Shown piece after piece: positions 21,387-31,557 of a stretch of 32,000 nucleotides of DNA; positions within the stretch are counted from its first letter, which is position 1, and each line of letters starts with the position of its first letter. The stretch spans positions 60,001 to 92,000 of the forward strand of contig NZ_CP045876.1 in NCBI RefSeq assembly GCF_020541245.1. The letters run 5' to 3'. Under the pieces are notes generated by a model. That model saw nothing but the letters and a program-made list of their open reading frames with translations. It searched no databases and was not told the origin of the DNA. The position numbers were made by a program, and so were the translations under genes. This DNA comes from Candidatus Annandia pinicola. GTDB lineage: Bacteria > Pseudomonadota > Gammaproteobacteria > Enterobacterales > Enterobacteriaceae_A.

Positions 21387-23174
21387 TTATCTATCCACAT
21401 CTGACATAACAAAATCAATGCTTCCTAAATATGCAACTAAATCAGATATCATACTACCACGAATAACTGAAGGTATTTGTTGTAAATGAGGAAAGCTAGG
21501 TGTTCTTATTCTAGTTCTATAACTCATTGATCCTCCATCACTTATTATATAATAACTATTAATACCTTTAGTAGCTTCAATCATTTGAAATGATTCATTA
21601 TATGGAATAACCGTTCCCCAAGAAACTTGTAAAAAGTGTGTTATTAAAGTTTCAATATGTCGTAATGATTTTGATTTATAAGGAGGTGTTGTAAGAGGAT
21701 GATTTGCTTTAAAATGACCGCTAGGCATATTTTTTAAACATTGTTTTAAAATAATTAAACTTTGTTGTATTTCTTCTAATTTTAACATAACTCTAGTATA
21801 ACAATCACTAATGCCTGAACCTAAAGGTATTTCAAAATCAAAATTTTCATAACCTGAATATGGAAACCATTTTCTTACATCAAAATCTATACCTGTAGCT
21901 CTTAAACCTGATCCTGTAACACCCCAAGAAATAGCATCTAATTTATTATATTTAGCAATACCTGAAGATCTATCTATTAAAATACTATTTTTTAAAGAAA
22001 TATCAATGTATTGTTTTAATCTATTAGGAATCCATTTTAAAAATGAATCTAATAAAACATTCCACCCTTTTGGTAAATCATTTGCAACACCACCAATTCT
22101 AAACCAGGCTGGATGCATTCTAGCACCAGTAATAGATTCTATAATATCATAAATTTTTTGACGATCTGTAAAAACACAAAATACTGGAGTCATAGCTCCA
22201 ACATCTTGTATAAAAGTTGAAATATATAATAAATGACTATTAATTCTAAATAATTCAGATAACATTATTCTAATTACTTTTACTTTATCTGGTACTTCTA
22301 TTTTAGCTAATTTTTCAACAGCAAGTATATAAGGCATTTCATTTATACAACCACCTAAATATTCAATTCTATCAGTATAAGGTATATAACTATGCCATGA
22401 TTGTCTTTCACTTATTTTTTCTGCTCCACGATGATGATAACCAATATCTGGAACACAATCTATAATATGTTCACCTTGTAATTGTAAAATAATACGAAAA
22501 ACTCCATGAACAGATGGATGATTAGGACCAAAATTAAGAAACATAAAGTCTTCTTCTTTTGTATTTCTTTTCATACCCCATAATTCTGGTTTAAACTTTA
22601 AGCAATCCATTTCTAAACTTTCTTTATTATCATCTAATACAAAAGGTTTAAGATCAGTAGCTCTTGAAGGATAATCTTTTCTTAGTGGAAAACCTGACCA
22701 AGTTTCTGGCATAATAAGTCTTCTTAAATTAGGATGACCAATAAAAACAATACCAAACATTTCCCAAGTTTCACGTTCATACCAATTAGCATTATAAAAA
22801 ATATTTGTACATGTAGGTATTTCTAATTTTTTCTCATTTAATGCTACTTTAATAATAATATTTTGTTTTCTTTCAATAGATATTAAATGATAAAAAACAG
22901 AAAAATCAGTATTAGGAATTTCATTTTTATTTAATCTAAGCCTTTCATCAATTCCATGCAAATCAAATAACATAATATAAGGTTTAGGTAAATTTTTTAA
23001 AAATTTAATTAATTTTATTAGTTTTTTTTTTTTTATCCAAATTATAGGAAAATTAATTTTAGTTACTTGTATAAATATATCTTTTAATGAAAAAGAATTA
23101 TATAATTCTTTTATGACATCATAACTTTTAATTTTTGGAATTTTTTTAAATGATTTAAAATATTTATTATACAT
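21387..23174 (-). CDS. nuoC: NADH-quinone oxidoreductase fused subunit C/D
   Basis: 595 aa in a single ORF. The NuoC-like N-terminal part has [21 protein letters not shown]. The NuoD-like part has [20 protein letters not shown] and RTPSF. The fusion is the normal enterobacterial arrangement. Confidence 0.96.
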   Translation of the reverse strand: MYNKYFKSFKKIPKIKSYDVIKELYNSFSLKDIFIQVTKINFPIIWIKKKKLIKLIKFLKNLPKPYIMLFDLHGIDERLRLNKNEIPNTDFSVFYHLISIERKQNIIIKVALNEKKLEIPTCTNIFYNANWYERETWEMFGIVFIGHPNLRRLIMPETWSGFPLRKDYPSRATDLKPFVLDDNKESLEMDCLKFKPELWGMKRNTKEEDFMFLNFGPNHPSVHGVFRIILQLQGEHIIDCVPDIGYHHRGAEKISERQSWHSYIPYTDRIEYLGGCINEMPYILAVEKLAKIEVPDKVKVIRIMLSELFRINSHLLYISTFIQDVGAMTPVFCVFTDRQKIYDIIESITGARMHPAWFRIGGVANDLPKGWNVLLDSFLKWIPNRLKQYIDISLKNSILIDRSSGIAKYNKLDAISWGVTGSGLRATGIDFDVRKWFPYSGYENFDFEIPLGSGISDCYTRVMLKLEEIQQSLIILKQCLKNMPSGHFKANHPLTTPPYKSKSLRHIETLITHFLQVSWGTVIPYNESFQMIEATKGINSYYIISDGGSMSYRTRIRTPSFPHLQQIPSVIRGSMISDLVAYLGSIDFVMSDVDR

Positions 23175-23249
23175 TTAAAATACCATTATAAATTTATTAT
23201 TATATTATTTATTATCTTAAATAAATTTTAAAATTATAATATAATAATT

Positions 23250-23867
23250 TTAAATAATATTAGGATTACGAAAGTTTTTTTCTAAAATTCTAAAATTTCT
23301 TTTTCTTTTTTTTTCAGATATTATTTTTTCTCTATATATTCCTTGGTCACCTATACACCATGAAAGAGGTCTTTTTTCTTTACCTATTAATTTTTGCAAT
23401 AACATTAAAGCTTGCATGTATGCTTCTGGTCTTGGAGGACAACCAGGAATATATATATCTACAGGTAAAATTTTATCTATACCTTGAACTACAGAATATA
23501 CATCATACATTCCTCCGGAATTAGCACATGAACCCATAGATATAACCCATTTAGGTTCTAACATTTGATCATATAAACGTTTTATAATTGGTGCCATTTT
23601 TATAAAAGGTGTTCCTGATATTACCATAAAATCAGCTTGTCTTGGAGAAGATCTTAATACTTCTGAACCAAATCTAGATATATCATGAACTGAAGTGAAG
23701 GAAGTAACCATTTCTACATAACAACATGATAAACCAAAATTATATGGCCAAAGTGAATTTTTTCTACCCCAATTAATTATTTTATGAATTACTTTAGATA
23801 GTTTTCCTATAAAAATATTATTACTTAATTTAATATTATTATTTATTCTTGTAGTTGTATATTTCAT
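23250..23867 (-). CDS. nuoB: NADH-quinone oxidoreductase subunit B (cluster N2)
   Basis: 205 aa. Has [30 protein letters not shown] and PGCPPRPEA, so all four Cys ligands are present. Confidence 0.96.
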   Translation of the reverse strand: MKYTTTRINNNIKLSNNIFIGKLSKVIHKIINWGRKNSLWPYNFGLSCCYVEMVTSFTSVHDISRFGSEVLRSSPRQADFMVISGTPFIKMAPIIKRLYDQMLEPKWVISMGSCANSGGMYDVYSVVQGIDKILPVDIYIPGCPPRPEAYMQALMLLQKLIGKEKRPLSWCIGDQGIYREKIISEKKRKRNFRILEKNFRNPNII

Positions 23868-23915
23868 ATATATAAATATACCTATATTTTTATTTATAAT
23901 TGATTAATATTATTT

Positions 23916-24305
23916 TTATTTTTTTTTAGACCAATTTAATAAATTCATATTTAATAAATATATTAAACCTATAATTAAAATTATTACAAAATATAACATT
24001 TCAAAAAAACCAATCCATCCATTTTCTTTTATAGAAATCGACCATACATATATAAAAACAGATTCTGTATCAAATATTACAAACATCATAGCTAAAATAT
24101 AAAATTTTATTGATAACTTAATTTTAGTATTTCCTAAAGAATTAATACCAGATTCAAATGGTAAATTTCTATTTTTTGTAATACATTTATTACCAAGTAA
24201 CCATCCACATAATAACATAAAAATACAAATTAATAATGAAAATATAATAAATGATAAAAATGATATATTTTGAGATAAATTATTTGTTTGATTTAATATT
24301 ATCAT
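23916..24305 (-). CDS. nuoA: NADH-quinone oxidoreductase subunit A
   Basis: 129-aa membrane protein and the first gene of the cluster. Has the PFESG and FDTESVF motifs. No obvious Shine-Dalgarno upstream. Confidence 0.9.
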   Translation of the reverse strand: MIILNQTNNLSQNISFLSFIIFSLLICIFMLLCGWLLGNKCITKNRNLPFESGINSLGNTKIKLSIKFYILAMMFVIFDTESVFIYVWSISIKENGWIGFFEMLYFVIILIIGLIYLLNMNLLNWSKKK

Positions 24306-24645
24306 ATTTTGATTATTTTTAAAGTTATGATTTTATTTTTTTTTATTTTTTAATTAAAACTAAAAAAAATAAATATAAAATATAATTTATAATAACAAAT
24401 ATATATTTTTATAATAATAATATAATATTATTATATTTATATTTTATAATAAATTAATATTATTTTATTTTAAAATTTAAATATTAACATTATAATTAAA
24501 TTAAAATTATAATATAAATTATTTTATTTTTTTTATATGTTTATAAATGATAATTTTATTAAATTTTATTTTTTTTAAAATTAATATGAATTATATTTTT
24601 TTTTAATATTATAAATTAAAAATATTTTAAAGGTAAATTTAATAA
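24306..24645. promoter_or_regulatory. Divergent nuoA/gyrA control region (promoters inferred, not located)
   Basis: This 340-bp spacer is the longest non-coding stretch in the window. I count only about a dozen G/C, so it is over 95% A+T. It lies between the diverging 5' ends of the 13-gene nuo operon and gyrA. The only recognisable element is the gyrA Shine-Dalgarno AAAGGT at about 24629-24634. Confidence 0.35.
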
Positions 24646-27180
24646 ATGATTAAAAAAAAAAAAAATATAATAAATATAAATATAGAAAAAGAATTAAAAC
24701 AATCATATTTAGATTATGCAATGTCAGTTATAATTGGCAGAGCATTACCAGATATAAGAGATGGGCTTAAACCTGTTCATAGACGTATTATTTATGCTAT
24801 GAAAATGATGGGTAATGATTATAATAAAAACTATAAAAAATCTGCAAGAATAGTTGGTGATGTTATTGGAAAATATCATCCTCATGGAGATATAGCTGTT
24901 TATGATACTATAGTACGTATGGCACAATCTTTTTCATTAAGATATACTTTAATTGAAGGTCAAGGAAACTTTGGATCTATTGATGGTGATTCTGCAGCAG
25001 CAATGCGTTATACTGAAATAAGAATGTCAAAAATATCTCATGAGCTATTAAAGGATTTAGAAAAAAATACTGTAAATTTTATTAAAAATTATGATAATAC
25101 TGAATTTATTCCAGAAGTTTTACCAACTAGAATACCCAATTTACTTATTAATGGTTCTACTGGTATCGCAGTAGGAATGGCTACTAATATTCCACCTCAT
25201 AATATTAAAGAAATAATTAATGGCTGTATTGCTTGTATTGAAAATAAAAATATTAAAATTAAAGAATTAATGAAATATATTAAAGGGCCTGATTTTCCTA
25301 CTGCTGCAATTGTTAATAGTTGTATAGGTATTAAAAAAGCTTATAGAACTGGTAAAGGTAAAATTTTAATAAGAGCAAATCATATAATTGAAATAAACAA
25401 AAAAACTAATATAAAATCAATAATCATTAATGAATTACCTTATCAAGTTAATAAAGCAAAATTAATAGAAAAAATAAATAGTTTAGTAAAAAATAAAAAT
25501 ATAGAAGGAATATTTAATTTAAGAGATGAATCTGATAAAGATGGTATGCGTATATTAATTAATCTTAAAAAACATACATCTAGTAAAATTGTATTAAATA
25601 ATTTACATAGTTTAACTAAATTACAAATTTATTTTGGAATAAATATGGTTGCTTTAAATAAAGGCAAACCACAAACTTTAAATTTAAAAGAAATTATAGA
25701 TTGTTTTTTACAACACCGTAAAGAAATAGTAATAAATAGATCAATTTTTGAATTAAAGAAAATAAAAAAAAACATTCATAAGTTAAAAGGATTAATTATA
25801 GCTATTTTTAACATAGAAAAAATAATAAATTTAATAAAAAATACAAATGAAATTAAATCAGTAAAAAAAAAATTAATATCAGAAAAATGGTATATTAAAA
25901 ATAATGATAAAATTAAATTGTTATTAAATAAAAATATATATGATAGTTTTATTATAAATAATAAAAATAAAAAATATTATTTAACTTATGAACAAGTTAA
26001 ATCTATTCTAGATTTAAAATTATATAAATTAACTAATTTAGAATATTCAAATTTATTAAAAGAATATTATAAATTAAAATTAAAATCTAGAAATTTAAAA
26101 AAAATTATAAAATGTAAAAAAAAATTAATGTTTGTTATAAAAGAAGAATTATTAAAAATAAAAAATGATTTTGGGGATAAAAGAAAAACAAAAATAAAAA
26201 ATTTTAAATTTAATTTAAAACAAGAAGATTTAATTCAAAAAGAAGATGTAGTTATAACTTTATCAAATAAAGGATATATTAAATATCAATTGTTATCATT
26301 ATATGTTGCACAACATAGGGGGGGTAGAGGTAAAATAGCTGTTAAAGTTAAAAACCAAGATTTTATTGAAAAATTATTAGTAACTAATACTCATAATACT
26401 ATTTTATGTTTTTCAAGCTTTGGTATTATATATTGGTTAAAAGTTAATCAATTACCAAAATCTGATAGATATTCTGTAGGAAAACCAATTAAAAAATTTT
26501 TAAATCTTAAAAATAATGAAAAAATAACAGCTATTTTATCTATGAGTTTTTATTCTAATATATTCAAAAAAAAAATATATATATTTATGGCAACATCTTG
26601 GGGTATTGTAAAAAAAACATTATTAACAGCATTTATGCGTCCTAGATGTAATGGTATTAGAGCTATAAAACTAAATAAAAATGATAAACTGGCAGGAGTT
26701 TCTTTAGTTAAAGATAATAATAATATAATGTTATTTTCTTCTTATGGTAAAGTTGTTAGATTTATTGAAAAAGAAGTTCGTGTAACTGGTAGAGTATCTA
26801 CAGGAATGATAGGTATGAAGTTAAATAATAATGATAAAATAGTATCTTTAATTATTATCAATAATAAAAAAATAAATAGTACAATTCTTACAATAACAGA
26901 AAAAGGTTATGGAAAAAGAACTAATATTATTAATTATCCAATTAAATCCAGAGCAACTAAAGGTGTTGTTTCTATAAAAGTTAATAAAAGAAATGGTTTA
27001 GTAGTTAGTTCAACAGAAGTTTTAAATAATGATCAAGTTATGATAATTACAAATATGGGTATATTATTAAGAATTAAAGTTATTGAAATTAAAGTTATTG
27101 GTAGAAATACACAAGGTGTTATATTAATTAAAACTTTAAATAAAGAAAATGTAGTTAGTTTACAAAAAATATCTTTATAA
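24646..27180 (+). CDS. gyrA: DNA gyrase subunit A
   Basis: 844 aa. Has [36 protein letters not shown] (QRDR), AAAMRYTE (catalytic Tyr122), the GyrA-box QHRGGRGK and C-terminal beta-pinwheel repeats. It lacks the acidic C-terminal tail of E. coli GyrA. Confidence 0.97.
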   Translation: MIKKKKNIININIEKELKQSYLDYAMSVIIGRALPDIRDGLKPVHRRIIYAMKMMGNDYNKNYKKSARIVGDVIGKYHPHGDIAVYDTIVRMAQSFSLRYTLIEGQGNFGSIDGDSAAAMRYTEIRMSKISHELLKDLEKNTVNFIKNYDNTEFIPEVLPTRIPNLLINGSTGIAVGMATNIPPHNIKEIINGCIACIENKNIKIKELMKYIKGPDFPTAAIVNSCIGIKKAYRTGKGKILIRANHIIEINKKTNIKSIIINELPYQVNKAKLIEKINSLVKNKNIEGIFNLRDESDKDGMRILINLKKHTSSKIVLNNLHSLTKLQIYFGINMVALNKGKPQTLNLKEIIDCFLQHRKEIVINRSIFELKKIKKNIHKLKGLIIAIFNIEKIINLIKNTNEIKSVKKKLISEKWYIKNNDKIKLLLNKNIYDSFIINNKNKKYYLTYEQVKSILDLKLYKLTNLEYSNLLKEYYKLKLKSRNLKKIIKCKKKLMFVIKEELLKIKNDFGDKRKTKIKNFKFNLKQEDLIQKEDVVITLSNKGYIKYQLLSLYVAQHRGGRGKIAVKVKNQDFIEKLLVTNTHNTILCFSSFGIIYWLKVNQLPKSDRYSVGKPIKKFLNLKNNEKITAILSMSFYSNIFKKKIYIFMATSWGIVKKTLLTAFMRPRCNGIRAIKLNKNDKLAGVSLVKDNNNIMLFSSYGKVVRFIEKEVRVTGRVSTGMIGMKLNNNDKIVSLIIINNKKINSTILTITEKGYGKRTNIINYPIKSRATKGVVSIKVNKRNGLVVSSTEVLNNDQVMIITNMGILLRIKVIEIKVIGRNTQGVILIKTLNKENVVSLQKISL

Positions 27181-27189
27181 TTATAAATA

Positions 27190-27480
27190 TTAATTTTTTA
27201 TTATTAAAAAATCAATATGAATAATTTGATTTTTAAAATGATGGTATTGAATTTCTTTTAATTTAACTAAATATTTTTTTTTTTTAATTAAAATAATTAT
27301 ATTTTCATAAAATATTTTTTTTTTATGTAAATTTATAATTTTATTATGATATATTTCTATAAGTATATTATTTGGTAAAAAACTACCATAAATAATAGCT
27401 GGTATTTTATTATTATTACGTAATATTCTATTATAATTTTTACCTGTTTTATTTCTTTTTTTTGCTTCTATTATTAACAT
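27190..27480 (-). CDS. rplY: 50S ribosomal protein L25
   Basis: 96 aa. Has IPAIIYG, FYEN and QIIHIDF, collinear with the 94-aa E. coli L25. AGGA Shine-Dalgarno 6 nt upstream. Confidence 0.88.
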   Translation of the reverse strand: MLIIEAKKRNKTGKNYNRILRNNNKIPAIIYGSFLPNNILIEIYHNKIINLHKKKIFYENIIILIKKKKYLVKLKEIQYHHFKNQIIHIDFLIIKN

Positions 27481-27698
27481 ATTATATCCTGTAATTTTAA
27501 TTAATTTTAATAATTTTAAATATAATAAATTATTATTATGATTTTTTTTAAAATTAAATGTTTTTTATATTAAAATATAATATTTTATAATAAAAAAAAT
27601 ATTATTTTTATAAAAATTTATTAAATATATTTTAAAATATAATATTGTTATAAAATTATTTAATTTTATATTATTTTATATTTTGGAATAATTTTTAT

Positions 27699-28589
27699 AT
27701 GAAAAAAAATAGTAATTTTAATTTTCAAAATATAATATTTAATTTACAAAGATTTTGGTCTAATAAAGGATTTACTATATTTCAACCAATAGATATTGAA
27801 GTTGGTGCTGGAACTTCACATCCTATTACTTATTTTAATTCTTTAAATAAAAATCATATATATGCAGCATACATACAACCATCTAGAAGACCTTTAGATG
27901 GTAGATATGGTAAAAATATTAATAGATTATATCATTATTATCAATTTCAAGTAATTATGAAACCTTCATTATTAAATATGAAGGAATTATATATTTCTTC
28001 TCTTAAATATTTAGGTATAAATTTTAAAATTAATGATATTATTTTTATAGAAGATAATTGGGAAAATCCTACATTAGGAGCATGTGGTTTGGGATGGGAA
28101 GTATGGTTAAATGGTATGGAAATTACACAATTTACTTATTTTCAACAAATGGGAAGTATAAAATGTAAACCTATAATAGGTGAAATTACTTATGGATTAG
28201 AACGTATAGCTATGTATTTACAGGAAGTTAATAGCATATATGATATAATATGGAATATAGGAATAGAAGGTAAAATAAAATATATAGATATATTTCATAA
28301 ACATGAATTTGAATATTCTGTTTATAATTTTAAAAAAGCTAATGTAAAATTTCTTTTAAAAATATTTAATCAGTATGAAAAAGAAATTATAAGGATATTA
28401 AATATAAAAAAACCATTAATATTACCATCTTATGATATTGCTTTAAAAATGATACATATTTTTAATATTTTAGATTCTAGACAAGCAATTTCAATTATAG
28501 AAAGACAAAATTATATTTTAAAAATCAATAATATAACTAAAATTATAGCAAAAAAATATATATATAAAAAAAATAATTTATTAAATTAA
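27699..28589 (+). CDS. glyQ: Glycyl-tRNA synthetase alpha subunit
   Basis: 296 aa. Has [63 protein letters not shown] and [12 protein letters not shown]. Confidence 0.97.
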   Translation: MKKNSNFNFQNIIFNLQRFWSNKGFTIFQPIDIEVGAGTSHPITYFNSLNKNHIYAAYIQPSRRPLDGRYGKNINRLYHYYQFQVIMKPSLLNMKELYISSLKYLGINFKINDIIFIEDNWENPTLGACGLGWEVWLNGMEITQFTYFQQMGSIKCKPIIGEITYGLERIAMYLQEVNSIYDIIWNIGIEGKIKYIDIFHKHEFEYSVYNFKKANVKFLLKIFNQYEKEIIRILNIKKPLILPSYDIALKMIHIFNILDSRQAISIIERQNYILKINNITKIIAKKYIYKKNNLLN

Positions 28590-28594
28590 AAAAA

Positions 28595-30571
28595 ATGAAA
28601 AATATATTTTTAGTTGAAATAGGTACTGAAGAATTACCAGCATATTTATTAAAAAAAATAGCAAAAATTTTTTATAAAAATATTTCTATATATTTATTAA
28701 AATATTTTATAAAATATGAAAAAATTATTTGGTTTGCTACTTCTAGAAGAATAGCTGTTAAAATTATTAATATTAATATATATCAAATAAAAAATAATAT
28801 TAAAAATAAAAATCTGAAAATAAATAATAATAAAATATTTAAAGATATAATTAATAATAATAAAAACAAATTATATAAAAAAGAAAAAATAAAAAAAAAA
28901 CTAATAGATATAATAAAAATTTCTATAGAAAAAATAAAAATATTTAATAAAATGAGTTGGGGAGATGGAAATTTTAGTTTTATAAGACCTGTAAAAAATA
29001 TTACTATTATTTTAGGAAATGATTTAATTAATACTAAAATATTTAATATTAAATCAAATAGAATTATATATGGTCATCGTTTTATGGGGAGTAAAATATT
29101 ATATATTAAAAATGCTTGTAATTATCCAAAAATTTTATACAAAAAAGGTAATGTAATTGCAGATTATTATTTACGTAAAAATAAAATAATATTAAAAATA
29201 AAAAAAATATCTAAAAAAATTTATGGAATAGTTCATTTAGAAAAAAAAATACTAGAAGAAATTACTTCTTTAGTAGAGTTACCTATAATATCATTAGCTA
29301 AATTTAATGAAAAATTTTTAAATATACCTATTGAAATAATATTATATATTATTAAATATAAACAAAAATGCTTTCCAATTTATAAAAATAAAAATGAATT
29401 AACACCATATTTTATTTTTATATCAAATATAAAAATAAAAAATAATAAAATAAATATAAATAGATATGAACAAATAATGAATTGTAATTTTAAAAACATT
29501 AATTTTTTTTTAAAATATGATAAAAAAAAAAAAATTATAAATAACTTTTATAAATTAAAAAATATTTTATTTTATAAAAATTTAGGATCTTTAAAAGATA
29601 AAACTATTAGAATTAGTTTTATATCTTTATGGGTTTCTAAAATTATTAATGCAAAATTAAATTTTTCTAAAAGATCTAGTTTTTTATCAAAATGTGATTT
29701 AACAACAAATATAGTAAAAGAATTTAGTAATATGCAAGGAATTATGGGTATGTATTATTCTAAAGAAGATAATGAACATAAAAATATATCATTATCTATA
29801 AAAGAACAATATCAACCTAAATTTTTTAAAGATAAAATACCATGTAACTTAATTTCTTGTATATTATCCATTTCAGATAAAATAGATACTATAATAGGTA
29901 TGTTAATATTTAATAAAAATATTAAAAATAGCTCTGACCCTTTTGCTTTAAGACGTTCAGTTTTAGGTATTATAAATATAATTGTTAAAAATAAAATTAA
30001 AATTAATATAGAACAGTTAATTAAAAAAACATTTAAATTATATAATATTAATATTAATAAAATAAATATCATTAATAGTTTTATAATAAAAAGAATTTAT
30101 TATTTATATAAAAAAAAATATAATATTGATTTTGTTAAATCAATTTTAATAAATTGTAATATGAAATTTTATAATTTAGAAGATAAAATTAGATCAATAT
30201 CTTATTTTAAAAAATTTAAAATATTTTATAATTTAATTATTATTAATAAACGTATATATAATATAATAAAAAAATCTAAATTTAAATTAAATTATTTTAT
30301 AAATAATAATTTATTTTTATTTAATGAAGAATTTTATTTATTAAATTTAATAAATAAAATAGAAATTCAAATTAAATTTTCTATTTATAAAAACAATAAT
30401 AATCTTTTTTTATTATCTTTAATGCATTTTTATATACCTGTTAATATATTTTTTAAAAATATTAAAATTTTTAATAATAATAATAAAGTTATTATTAATA
30501 GATTAAATATATTATATAAAATAAATAAATTAACATCCATAATAATTGATATATTATCTATAAAAAAATAA
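28595..30571 (+). CDS. glyS: Glycyl-tRNA synthetase beta subunit
   Basis: 658 aa, starting 5 nt after glyQ. Has FLVEIGTEELP, FATSRRIAV, RIIYGHRFMG, KGNVIADY, KCFPIY, LSKCDLTTN, QGIMGMYY, EQYQPKF and SDPFALRR. Large stretches elsewhere are low-complexity K/N/I. Confidence 0.94.
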   Translation: MKNIFLVEIGTEELPAYLLKKIAKIFYKNISIYLLKYFIKYEKIIWFATSRRIAVKIININIYQIKNNIKNKNLKINNNKIFKDIINNNKNKLYKKEKIKKKLIDIIKISIEKIKIFNKMSWGDGNFSFIRPVKNITIILGNDLINTKIFNIKSNRIIYGHRFMGSKILYIKNACNYPKILYKKGNVIADYYLRKNKIILKIKKISKKIYGIVHLEKKILEEITSLVELPIISLAKFNEKFLNIPIEIILYIIKYKQKCFPIYKNKNELTPYFIFISNIKIKNNKININRYEQIMNCNFKNINFFLKYDKKKKIINNFYKLKNILFYKNLGSLKDKTIRISFISLWVSKIINAKLNFSKRSSFLSKCDLTTNIVKEFSNMQGIMGMYYSKEDNEHKNISLSIKEQYQPKFFKDKIPCNLISCILSISDKIDTIIGMLIFNKNIKNSSDPFALRRSVLGIINIIVKNKIKINIEQLIKKTFKLYNININKINIINSFIIKRIYYLYKKKYNIDFVKSILINCNMKFYNLEDKIRSISYFKKFKIFYNLIIINKRIYNIIKKSKFKLNYFINNNLFLFNEEFYLLNLINKIEIQIKFSIYKNNNNLFLLSLMHFYIPVNIFFKNIKIFNNNNKVIINRLNILYKINKLTSIIIDILSIKK

Positions 30572-30586
30572 TAATTAATATTTTCT

Positions 30587-31459
30587 TTAAAATAATTTTT
30601 TTGTCCAACCTAATTTAGATATTAAAATTTTAAAATAATCATAACTATTAGGATGAATAAAATTTAAAAAATTATTTCTACATTCTATTAAAATATCCTT
30701 ATTTGAATTAATTGGTACTATAATTTGATTATCAAATATTATTTGTAAATTTTTATAATTTTTATTAAATTTAATTCTTATTCTATTTTTATTAGATATA
30801 ATTAATGGTCTTGAAGATAAAGTATGTGGAAAAATAGATATTATTTCAATTACATTTAAAGAAGTCATAATAATAGGACCACCCATAGATAATGAATATG
30901 CTGTTGAACCAGTTGGGGTAGAAATAATTAAACCATCAGATCTTTGATAAAATGCAAATTTTTCATCAATATATACTTTAAATTCTATTATTTTAATTAT
31001 ATTTTTAGAATGCAATATAATTTCATTTAAAGCTGTTCCTATTTTTTTTAAATTATTATATTTATATACTTCCAATAAAAATTTTTTTTCTATTATATAA
31101 TTACCTGATAATATTAATTTTAGTTTTTTTTTTATTTCTTTAGTATTAATATCAGCTAAAAAACCTAAATGACCTAAATTAATACCAACTATTTTAATAT
31201 CATATAAATAAAGATTTCTTGAAATACCTAAAATATTTCCATCACCCCCTACTATAATAGCTAAATCGCAATATTTTCCAATTTCTTTTATATTTTTTAT
31301 ATTTTCAGAAAATAATTTAAGTTTTTTAGCAATACGATTTTCAACAAATATTTTATAACCCTTATTTTTTAACCAAATATTTATTAAATTATATATTTTA
31401 AAAGTATTATTATTTTCTGGATTTCCTAATATTCCAATATTATAAAAATATTTTTGCAT
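30587..31459 (-). CDS. nadK: NAD kinase
   Basis: 290 aa. Has GGDGNILG, INLGHLGFL, ALNEI and DGLIISTPTGSTAYSLSMGGPI. It is divergent from grpE, as in E. coli. Confidence 0.93.
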   Translation of the reverse strand: MQKYFYNIGILGNPENNNTFKIYNLINIWLKNKGYKIFVENRIAKKLKLFSENIKNIKEIGKYCDLAIIVGGDGNILGISRNLYLYDIKIVGINLGHLGFLADINTKEIKKKLKLILSGNYIIEKKFLLEVYKYNNLKKIGTALNEIILHSKNIIKIIEFKVYIDEKFAFYQRSDGLIISTPTGSTAYSLSMGGPIIMTSLNVIEIISIFPHTLSSRPLIISNKNRIRIKFNKNYKNLQIIFDNQIIVPINSNKDILIECRNNFLNFIHPNSYDYFKILISKLGWTKKLF

Positions 31460-31557
31460 TTAATCTCTATTTTTTTTTAAATATATATATTTTTTTTAAA
31501 ATTAATAATATATTTATTAATAAAATATTATAATTATTAATCATAATAAGGATATTT

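Noticed and set aside
21391-21399. DnaA-box-like CTATCCACA
   Set aside because: It is a single copy with one mismatch to TTATCCACA. It lies inside the last codons of nuoCD (…SDVDR*). There is no cluster of boxes or adjacent unwinding element that would indicate an origin.
24537-24578. Mini-ORFs in the nuoA-gyrA spacer (e.g. MFINDNFIKFYFF, 13 aa)
   Set aside because: It has no Shine-Dalgarno, its composition is indistinguishable from the surrounding A/T sequence, and its length is well below anything supportable without conservation data.
24745-24927. 60-aa ORF antisense within the gyrA QRDR region
   Set aside because: It is nested antisense in highly conserved gyrA 5' sequence, so it is spurious.
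27571-27653. Direct repeat TAAAATATAATATT (twice, 62 bp apart) in the rplY-glyQ spacer, considered as a possible operator or iteron
   Set aside because: In an essentially two-letter (A/T) 218-bp spacer, one 14-mer repeat is about what chance predicts (roughly 2^-14 per pair across about 2x10^4 pairs). There are no further copies and no dyad symmetry.
29812-30072. 86-aa ORF antisense within glyS
   Set aside because: It is nested antisense in glyS and is a low-complexity I/L/F peptide.
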